From NCBI RefSeq assembly GCF_000143415.4, contig NW_003314324.1:881379-945378 (forward strand): a stretch of DNA of 64,000 bases, written 5' to 3'. The position numbers and the translations under genes were made by a program. Below, piece after piece: positions 49,135 to 59,379 of this stretch (the first letter of the stretch is position 1; each line of letters starts with the position of its first letter). The stretch comes from Selaginella moellendorffii. Its lineage: Eukaryota > Plantae > Lycopodiophyta. Under the pieces are notes generated by a model. It saw only the letters and a program-made list of their open reading frames with translations. It was not told the origin of the DNA and ran no database searches.

Positions 49135-49656
49135 GTCGGTTCGCACGCGAACCGACATCTCCTCACTTTCTTTATTCCATTAGAAGTTTCTATTTTCTCA
49201 ACTTTTGTTTTCTCTTGAGGGATAGAGATGTCGGTTCTTGTGCGAACCGACATCTCCTAGCATTCTATTTCATTTTCTGTTTAGCTTTTTGCCCATCTCT
49301 ACCTCGTTTTTTAATTTTTTTCCTTATTGAAGGGGTGGGAAAGATCGGTTCGTGCGCGAACCGACGTCTCCCCACCTTCATTTTTTCCAAAAGCGAGTTT
49401 TCTTGATTTTTTTCATGTTTCTAGTGGTGAGATTTCTATATTTTAGAAAACAGAGAGAGATTGAAATGTCGATTCTTGTGCGAACTGAAATCTTCAAGGT
49501 TTTTTTTTTTATTTCATTGACTTGATGGGGCATTTCATGTGAAAAGTAGAGGGTGGAAGATGTCGGTTCTTGCGCGAACCGACCTCTCCCGTATTCTTGT
49601 TGTGTTTTTCCTTTTTCTTGAGAGGTAGGGTGAGGTCAGTTCTCGCACGAACCAAC
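49135..49656. repeat. Array of six 22-bp palindromes GTCGGTTC-N6-GAACCGAC with dissimilar T-rich spacers
   Basis: Copies start at 49135, 49230, 49344, 49468, 49562 and 49635. Confidence 0.92.
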
Positions 49657-49867
49657 CTCTCCCAGTGACTTATGTTTTTTTCCTTTGCATTTCTTATAGT
49701 TTACAATCTATTTTTCACATCTTTTACTTACAAACTTTTCTTGTGAGAGCAGATATAAATCAAGCTTGACTGCCTAAAACTTCCAACAAGGGACTTGAAC
49801 TTCAAATGCCACAGGTTTTCTTTACATTACAAGTTAGATGTTATAATAGTTTTGCTTTTTATTTTAG

Positions 49868-50389
49868 AGGAAGCGCTGAGGCCAGCCTCAATGGTCTCGA
49901 TCTCCAGGAAAAGGCAGCTGCCTTGATCGCTGTGGGCTTGGCTGATTGAGTGGAGATTCATCTCAAGTATCCAATGAAGTTTCGGCTAGTCATGCTGGAG
50001 GCAACGATGAACATAACAATGACGTGGATGTTGAAATGAACACTCAAATCGATGTTGGTGTTATTGAGGCTGTTGGTACTGGTGCTTCTGAGGCTGCAGG
50101 TACTGGTGGTGGGGTACTTACATCTGATGTTGGTGGTGGTGGGGGTGCTGTGCCTTCGGTTGCTGAGGCTGTTCACGGCCAAGTTGATGAACCAGCTGAG
50201 GACATTATTGGTAGCATTGTAGGTGGATCTACTACAGAGGCTACTAGGGGCATGGTAGCTGCTCCTACTACTCCTCAGGCTGGTGGTGCAGGGGGAGTTA
50301 GTGGTGGAGAGGGATTATGCATACATGATTCTGACACCATCTTGAATGATCGTGTTCGGGACACGATTATCCAAGCTCAGGAATGGACA
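49868..50389 (+). pseudogene. Gly/Ala/acidic low-complexity exon of an unknown, probably element-borne gene
   Basis: TTTTAG acceptor and GTCAGT donor. Open for ~150 codons after a frameshift near 49945. Confidence 0.45.
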
Positions 50390-50749
50390 GTCAGTAAAGT
50401 GTTACATCACTTTTAAAAGAAAAAATATAATAAAATGATATAGTTGTAGGTAACATACTTTGTTCTAGAAGGTGGTATCATATCATATACAATTTCTTAC
50501 AAGATGTTGAAAGAGGAGATGGCAACACACAAGTGTTACAAAGTGATGGAGACAGATGAGAAGGATAATTTGAAATTATGATATTTGACACTGACACTAT
50601 CATTGACATCTGACACTTTTACAAACATTTGACATATAACAAGTTCTTCATTTCATATAAGGATGCAATTAATTTTCTTTTTCCTCATCATCAATATATT
50701 GATTTCCTTTATACTTTCTTTTTTATTGGTAATATGGGGAAGATTCACC

Positions 50750-52399
50750 TTGCATATGTTGAGTTATAGTTTTTGCATAATTGGGGAGATTTTCAAAGCC
50801 TCCAATTCTAGAAACTCCATGTGATTATGATCTATAAAACAAAATTAAATATATATTGAAATCTTAATAAACATAATTTACCTCTTTGAGGTTGGAGGCA
50901 ACTTACGAAATCCTATGAACTAGTATTTGAAGAAATGATGTTCTTCAATACCAAACACTAACCTATCAGAGTCACATGTTGCCTCCACCATAGAACTACT
51001 ACTTTCTATGCAATCAATCACAACACCATCTGGTGGGCAATAAAGCTCAAACAAGACTTGCATCGCCAATGGAATTCGAAATTAACACCCTAGAAACATG
51101 CTGCGGATTTTCCCATCCACAAGGTTGGGTATAATATTAGTGGAACTGTCATACCCAGGCAAAATATGTGCTACACATTCACTATCACAAAACCCATTAT
51201 GTGTGTTTCTATAAAAGACATGATAGGTCCATATCATAACCTAGAAAATAAGAAAGTTTAGAAATTAGATTAAAATATCTAATACATACTCACGTTTTTA
51301 GGCTGCCCCTCGTATTGATGCCAATAAGATCCATGATGCACTTGGAAGAGAATGACTTGAAATGAACTTTTGCTGCACACGTTATAAACTTATACATCCA
51401 ATTAAGGTTGTTCGGTAAAATGAAGACGACATGGCCAACTTTGAGTATAAGTGCTTTGGACAAAAGAAATGCATTGCATATGTGGTCAAGTGTGAGAAAG
51501 TTCCAATCCTCAACTTTCCCATCAATATTTGAAAGATTATTTGGAAAGTCGAAAAGAATGAAATCCACAATTAAGAGCAAGGGCCTTTGTATTTTTCAAC
51601 ACCAAGAGTTGAACTGGCACTATATATCCATATTAATATCATTTTTTATGAAAGATGTTAGCAATCTATTATAGGAGCCAATGGAGACACCCACAATGTT
51701 TCATTGTGTTATTGTGGAAATAGGACAAACCTATAGAAAAGATAAGTGAATGAAAAAGCAATGACTAATATGCTACTGTCATATGGCGTGTTGTCGATGA
51801 GAGTTCCTCCAACTCCTCTTCACGAGCATCTCGTCGAGTTGGAATGAAATTACTACCAATAGTTATTACTACAAAAAACATATATTACCACTTTTAATTT
51901 GTAAAATTCACTTTTGCTTATCTCAAGATTGACATGATATTCTATGAACCACTTAATCATTGTTATTTATTGATGGAATCTGATCCAAATCTAGCTGTTT
52001 GATAGTTGAACTAGAGCCTAATCCTAGCTATTCGGTAGTGAAATGCAAACTTGATCCAGAGCTTCCTCATCCTCCTCTCCATCATCACTTGCACCACCAT
52101 CGCAAACATTGTTAGGTACATTCTTCCATCCTTTACACCCTTTGTAATAAGTCGAGTGTAAACTGGTGCCTCAAATGGCATGCCTCTATATTAAAGATAC
52201 TTATAAACAATATATACTTAAAAAATATCTTAGAAATCATGTTATACTTGTAAGTTACAAATAAGACTAACCATATTGGCAATCATAAGTTGTTGTGCTT
52301 GTTGACTTATCTGGCAACCACCCCTTTTCAATCCCTTCCAATGATGTGTTGACATAAGTGTCGAAAGACATGAATGTGCCATCTATATCGTCACTAATG
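50750..52399 (-). pseudogene. Decayed multi-exon gene with a beta-class DNA amino-methyltransferase (N6_N4_Mtase-like) domain; core exons 51730-51294 and 51240-50882
   Basis: Exon A: VDFILFDFPNNL...EDWNFL...ALILKVGHVVFILP (motif IV-VI-like). After a 53-bp GT-AG intron, exon B: FRIPLAMQVLFELYCPPDGVVIDCIESSSSMVEATCDSDRLVFGIEE (motif X-I-II-like). It has in-frame stops and one frameshift near 51365. Further exon-like pieces lie at ~51870-51777, ~52190-51895, ~52399-52272 and ~50831-50750. Confidence 0.7.
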
Positions 52400-52724
52400 G
52401 TGGCCAACTCAAGCTTGACCTCAAGCACTCTAGCCATCTAAGGGGCCAAGGTTATTTGAATAACCTTAGCCCCTCAAATGGCCAAAGTGCCCAAGGTGGC
52501 TTGACCTCAGGCACTTTAGCTGCCCGAGGGGCTGAAGTTATTCAAATAATCTTAGCCCCTCGGGCAGTCAAAGTGCCTAAGGTGGCCAACCCAAGCTCAA
52601 CCTTAGTCACTTTGGCAGCCTAAGAGGCTAAGGTTATTTGTATAACTTCGGCCCCTCAAACGGCCAAAGTGCCCAGGTGGCTCGCTTGAGCCAAAGTGCC
52701 TGAGGTCAAGCTCAAGTTGGCAAC
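52400..52724. mobile_element. Foldback MITE-like element
   Basis: ~30-bp imperfect TIRs (GTGGCCAACTCAAGCTTGACCTCAAGCACT / AGTGCCTGAGGTCAAGCTCAAGTTGGCAAC) enclose three hairpin units centred on (A/G)GTTATT..ATAA.CTT. Confidence 0.75.
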
Positions 52725-52729
52725 AAAAG

Positions 52730-55700
52730 GTGATAAAAACAAAAAGAAAAAACATGGAAGCAATCAAATGGAAATTCACTCTTAGTGGAATTGTTACTTC
52801 CCAATCTCTCAACCATGTTGGATCTCTCGCACTCCCTCACTCTCTCACTCTCAATCTCAACTCATGTTCACACTTGCATGCTCGATCTCTAACACTCTCC
52901 CGCACTCGATCTCTCCCACTTGTGTGCTCAATCTTTTGCACTCATGTGCTCCATACTCAATCTTTCACACACTCAATCCTTTGATCTCTTGCATGCTCAA
53001 TCTTTCGATCTCTCACATGCTTCACTCATGGCACAAAAAGTAACCTAATTTTGGTAGCTACCCTAACCCTAATCCTGACAGCTGCCCTTTTCTTTCAAGA
53101 TGGAAAAGTTCTAGTGGCTAAATTCATGTTTGGGGGATCTTTAGGATGATAAGAGGTCCTCCTTGCACAAATTTGGACTATAGGCTTATAGATATAAAGT
53201 TTTTACCATTGTTTTTCCACTTTTCTTTATTTCTCTTAGTTTCTAAGAGATTTTTGAGTGACAAAAGCATTTATTTTAGTTGTTTTTGTTTGGGTCAAAG
53301 TGGCTTTTTCAACAAACTATTTTCAACAAGCTAAAGAACACATGATTTGGTGGAGAATCAAGCTGTATGCAAGTATTTTTCTCTTGTATTTTCCCATGTT
53401 TTTATAGCTTACTTCTAAAGGTTTAAGCTTGAGATCCTTGCACCAATTTAGAGAATTGTTTGTATGAGTGTTTAGATCTGATTATAAGGATTCAAAAGAG
53501 TGTTTTATTGATGAACAGAACACAAGAAGTTGAGAGATTTTTCATTCTCACTCTCTTTTTTCTTCTCTTTTTACAGCTTTATCCTAGAGCTTTAAAAGCA
53601 AGATTTTTTGAATGTTCTCTAAAAGTTCTTTTGTTAGTCACTTCTTTTGCTCCTTAGCTTTCATATAAGTCTTTTCTTGCAAGAGAATTTACCAAGAATT
53701 GTGAGTTTTATTGTTATTTATCTTATATAGTACTAAACAATGACTTTGAGAAGTTTGTTCTTTTTTGTTTCATCGCCATTTTTATAATTTTTTGAATGCA
53801 TTGGATAAATCTCCTTGAGAGCTTTCTACCATGTGCTTACATATAAAATCTGATGCCAATTTAAGGATTTTGAATCAATTTCCCACAGTACTTTCAACTG
53901 TTTTTGTGCATTTCTAAGTGGCTTGAGTAAATTTTTATTTATATGGTTGTGTAACTGGAATCAAAGGTTTTCCAACACTCCTACTAATGATTTTTGGTGC
54001 TTTGGAGCTTTACATATTTACTTTTTTGGTTTTGTGAGCTTGTGGATGGTGATTAGTGACAATTTCTAGGTTTCTTCTTAGATTCTATAGCCATTTATTT
54101 TGGCAATGAAATCTTTGTATTAGACTTATAAGATTTCAAAAGCTATGAATTTTTCACTTTTTGGGAGCATTTACTGTAGCTTTGCATTTGCAACAATTAT
54201 AGGATTTTATACGTGTTCACACCAAATTTACACACATTCAACGCCTGCTTACTATCAATATTATCCCATAGGTTGGGGGCCATTATTCATATATCAGCCA
54301 CAATTTAGATTATCAAATGGCTCTCTTGGCTTTAGAGTCTTTGGTAGATAGTGAGTTTCAGCATCCACTACCTATGGCAATTCCTCCTCAAATCCATATT
54401 TTACAATATGGGATAGATTTGCCTTACTTATTAGGTAATGGGGACATCTATGCCAAGACCACATTCTTCACTTGCACATTAAATGGCATTAGCGATGATG
54501 ATTAGAAACTTCAAGACTTCTCTAGATCATTTAATAGCCATGTAACAATCTGGACGAAGACTCTTTTAGAGGCATATATAGTAGACTATGTCATATTTAA
54601 GGCCTCCTTCAAGTCACACTTTGATTAGCAATGGCCTGCAAATCAATTACTCATGGACTTGTTCACATTTTGGTGTTAGTGCCAAAGTATATGATATATT
54701 TTCATACCTACTAAGAGTGTGTGGAGTAATAGGTGATCACTAATGAGCCCCATGGTATCACTACATTCATCTTTAGGCTCAAGAAGAACCTCTAACACAA
54801 GATACTCAAAACGCAATTTCAAACATTTTGCAAGGTTTTTGCAACCCTAGAGAATTTAGAACATGATTTCTCTAGAAGCTCAGTATTTCCAAGTTTGAGG
54901 AGGCTTTTCTCCCTCCCTCAGTGGAGTCTTCATGTGTATCCATCTCTTGTCTAACTCCCACACCTACCATCATTGATGATAAAGTCTCAGTAGTGATTGA
55001 GAAGGCTTTCATAGAGCTTATAAGGTACAAAAAGATCATTTAATAGTAGTAAAAAATGCAAGAGAAGATGCTCAAAGAGCTCTACACTTGTTTTTTATAA
55101 TAAGCCAAGAAGCCACAATGCATTCCAAGCTCTTTTTATTCCTCCCATTATAAGAACACCACTCACAACATGGAGAGGTGCTAGAAGCTTCATCTAGAGT
55201 TGCAGCCACCATATTCCCAATGTGTTTAAGAGCAACTATTCATTGATAATAACATTACAACAAAAGGGAAGGATCACTACTAATAGCAGCTTGAGCAATA
55301 TGCAATTGAGGACACACGTTCATCATCTTCTAACAAGGGAAGGCAAGAGGACAAGTTAATGCTATCCAAATCATTGAGGAGGAGTTTGCAAAAACAACAA
55401 CCACAAAAGCACAAAGAAGGAAGTGTTTGCTCAAAAGGAAATTGATGATAATCCAACTCCTTTAGTGATCACTAACCTAACACCCAAGGTGGTGTGCAAG
55501 CTCCCATTCACATATCTTCTTCTTGGATGTCCTTCACCTTTCTTTGGCAGTTCCTAAATCCCTGAGAGTGCACTTCAACAGTTGATAGAAATATCCATCA
55601 CCTTTTTTATACACAAGCTTTTATGCATGGTTCCTGGGCTTAGATAACATTTGGAAGACGTTGCAAGGTCTACTAAAGCCATAGCCTCTCTCCCACAGAA

Positions 55701-57240
55701 TGTCTCCAGATCTTTGGAAGCATACCTCTAATTCTGAAGATATTTGCAAACCACATTGTCATTCTTGCAAGAATTTGCCATAGAGTTTGAGTCTTTATCA
55801 ACATGGTGAAATCTTTTCTAGACTTTGTGGTGGTGGACTACCAAAAGCTTAGTTGCATACCTTTGAAGGATTGCTTGATCCTTAGACAAGTTTGGCATGA
55901 TCAAGTCTGACACATACTGACGGTTGCTGAACTTCTTGTCTTTACAATGCTTGCAAACACTCTCTATTAGGAAAACTTTAAGGGCAGCCTTCAAAATTGT
56001 GTCAAAGCCAATCAATCTCCTTTGAGCCAATATTCTCATCCTTGACGGATTTTTCACACTTGTTAACCATTGTCTTCTCTAAGTTGATAAAAAATCCATC
56101 ACAGCCTAAGTTCAATATGTTCCAATGCAACACTATCCTCACTAAGGCTTCCCTAATCATCACAATAAACACTTAACTTGATCATATTGATGGCCAACTT
56201 TAGAAGGTGCCAATCTTTCAAGTGGAGGCTTTTCTAATGATGTCATTTCTTTTTGAGCATGGATCTAATATGGAGGATCTTCCCTCAGTTGTAGTTAAGT
56301 CTTAGGGACTTTAGCATGGTACACTAGTGAAGTATATGCAACTCATGGTGTCTACCACCTTTAAGTGGAAACAGCGATTGCAGAGAACAGTCTAGCCTCT
56401 TTATTTGAGGACCAAGTGGTGAGTGACCACGTGGTTAGTCCAGCCTTTTTATTTGAGTACCAAACTACTCTTACCTTTATAACTTTTCTTTTACAAGGCA
56501 TTTTTTCCTAAGAATTGGTGTTTGGATTCATGACCTAGTAGAGACAAAAATGGCTCATCTTGCAACAACCCAGCCTGCAACTTTGGTGAATGAGGCCGAG
56601 TACCTTGTAGTGATCTTGGCAATGCAAAATTGGCCAAATATCACAAGATCAAAGGGATGGTTTTCATTGAGGATTCACAGCTCATTGTTCGTCAGTTTAA
56701 TAGAGAGTATGAGGTCCTCAAGGACAATCTCAAGGACCTTTGATAACATGCTATAGAACTCAAGGAATTCTTCGAACAAGTCAACTTCTAGAGTGTCCCA
56801 CAAGTAGAGAATTTCTGGGCTAACAAACTTTCTCACAAAATAATCACAGCGATGTGTGCCAAGAAGGAGAAAGCCTCTTCTCTTGTTTCTTTAGTGGAAG
56901 ATGACCACACTCTTCTTGATCCTAAAACACCCCTAGTTCCAGATTCTAGAACCCATGAGGTCCACCTTAGTGGTGACAAAGATCCGATCTTGATCACACA
57001 TGCTCTTTCTCCCACATATACAACATGACTATTGGAGCTTCTCCAGAGGTACAAGGACGTGTTTGCTTAGGAATATTCCCAGCTTCCAAGTGTTCTTATG
57101 GACACCATCACCTACCAACTCATTCTCATAAACAACACTAAACCTGTTTGGCAAAAGATTTAATAGTTCATCAACTCGCTTCTTCTAGATATTAAGTTGG
57201 AGATTGAGAAGTGGCTGGTAGCAAACTTCGTCTGTAATTG
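52730..57240 (+). mobile_element. Truncated Tat-type Ty3/gypsy relic with the additional RNase H upstream of RT
   Basis: gag-like remnant at ~54450-54850. aRH motifs NEAEY, EDSQLIVRQ and ENFWANKLS at 56590-56833, followed by the RT lead-in YKDVFA*EYSQLPSV...KPVWQK...DIKLEIEKWL at 57050-57232. Confidence 0.75.
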
Positions 57241-58069
57241 TAACTATGATTGCTAATGATATTGCTAGGTACTCATCTTTTTGTAGCTGCCAAATTTTCA
57301 TGGGTTAGTAACCTTTGGAAACAAAGTGTTATGCTTTTCAATTGAGCATGACAAACTATAACCATAATATATTGGGTACTTTAGTGCAATTCTATAAGTC
57401 ATACATAATGAGACTCAAAGATTATGACTTCATTATTTGTATTTCAACATTGTAATCACCAAGACAGATAAGATGTAAGTAGCTGTCTCTTTTGTTCTGG
57501 GTTTCTACATTACAACTTACATAATATTATGCATGTTTTTTTGGGTTTTCTTAAAAAAACCAGTAAGGGTATTGAGTTGGTAATGAATATACCTATGATA
57601 TGCTTAGATATTCTTGATATACATTTATATTAATTTTTTTATAAATTATAAACATGTTTATAGTTTATAAACCATCTAAAATACTTCTAGGTATATTTTA
57701 TGATCTAATGGTTCTAATATATTTAGATTAATCTTGTAGAAATTTTAAACTTAATTTATAATTCTAAACATCAAGTAAATTTGGTCTACTACTCTAAATA
57801 TTATTTTTTTAAATTTAGTTTCTTTCAGTAGCTATAAAATAAGTGTGCTTTTAAAAATTTCAAGGATGATTTGGGGCCTATGTCAAATGGTGGCGTCCCA
57901 AACAAGGCATTCGTTGATCTTTAAAGCCCAATTTCTTTCTACTAGAGCACTTCAGCAATAAGTGGCAAGGTTAGGACATAGAGGCTAGCACTACCTGGAT
58001 CAGTTGTGAGTGTCAAGTTGAGACCTTATGTCTTCCACAGATTTGCAGCTGGGGTCATTATGCCACCAC

Positions 58070-58640
58070 AGTAGTATCACTTCTGGAGCTCTATAGAATC
58101 TTGTGCCTTTCTTCAGTATTTTTTTCTGCAATGATGATGCTCATGAGTAGCTGGTACGTTCCCTCAAGATAGCTGGAGCTTGAATTATTAGGACCATGAC
58201 CTTGAGCAAGAGGCCACTTGGAGAAGAACCGATAGCCTGGGTCAAGAGGTGGAGCAAGTAAAGTACTGGAGTCATATCGACACATACCAAGGCCAAGAAA
58301 GGTGGTGCAAAGCTTTTTTCTTGAAGTTGTTGATGTAACACTTGATTGCCACCTTCCATATGAGCTCGCAGCAATCCATACTTGAGACCACTGTCAGCAC
58401 CATTACATAGGTGGCTGTGAATGCAAATTTGTTAACTCGGACACCTGCTCCAATGCCACTATATGTAGAAGGATATCATGAGCCCAAGCAATATCATCGT
58501 ATTTATACCTCTCCAAGGGTACCACACTTGCCATACATGTCGAGAAAAGTGTTGGAGACTGCATCATTTGTTTCCAAACTCACACAATGACCATAGCATG
58601 AACTTGTCAAGCTTGCATAGCCAACTTCCTTCTCCTCCTT
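58070..58640 (-). pseudogene. Mosaic of gene fragments: a PPR motif and a kinase subdomain-VIII-like piece
   Basis: QVHAMVI...VSNTFLDMYGKCGTLGEV at ~58505-58605 and KKGTRFYRAPEVIL at ~58070-58112, with stops and frameshifts between. Confidence 0.55.
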
Positions 58641-59379
58641 TGGCCAAGAGAGAGCTCAGGGTCATGCTTAAGATAGCCAGCTAGTTGGCTGCCAGATGCT
58701 TGTCATGCTATAGCCTTAGCCCCACAAAACCTGGTTATGAGCTTCCTCCTTGAAATTAAGCTGGCAAAGATGGTTGGACTTTGAGATCACTCAATAGTGA
58801 CACTATTGGCTAACATTGTTAATTTTTAATACTTGTTTATTATTTGTATAGCTACCTGTAGCATTATTTGTGCATGGTGCTGCACATTACAAAATTTAAG
58901 ATGGATGACATGTGGAAATATGCATACAAAAGTGTAGAATTTGATCAAGGCACTGCTCATTGAAAGAGTTCCACAAAGGATGGTGGCTGGCTTGGAAACT
59001 TTTAAAACAAAATTATTTATTCATTAGAATTAGATTCTTGTCAAAATTATATTTTAAGGTTATAATGTTAAAAAATACATTAAAAATAAATAACTATTTT
59101 GAAATAAACAAAAAAACAAAGTGTTTCTGTAATTCTCAACAATTTATTTAATTTTAAAAAGTGAATTTTAACCTTTTTCTAATAAATATTTCAATCTATA
59201 AAATAACTATTTTTATACCCTTTCCCAACAAAGCTGGGATCCTTGCTAGTTGGAGATTCCCAAATGTTTTCTCCCATTCTTTTATCCAGACATATAACTC
59301 TTCTTTTTATGGTCTGCCTTTATTGCAAAATATGGAATCCACCTCTAGTAATAATTTACCATTTGAAGAAAGTTAAGAA

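Noticed and set aside
49135-49656. CRISPR array
   Set aside because: Eukaryotic context, no cas genes, irregular spacing (73-124 bp) and low-complexity T-rich spacers. It fits a transposon-type palindrome array better.
58070-58112. Functional protein kinase gene
   Set aside because: Only a GTRFYRAPEV-like piece; no HRD, DFG or VAIK motifs in frame, and surrounded by stops.
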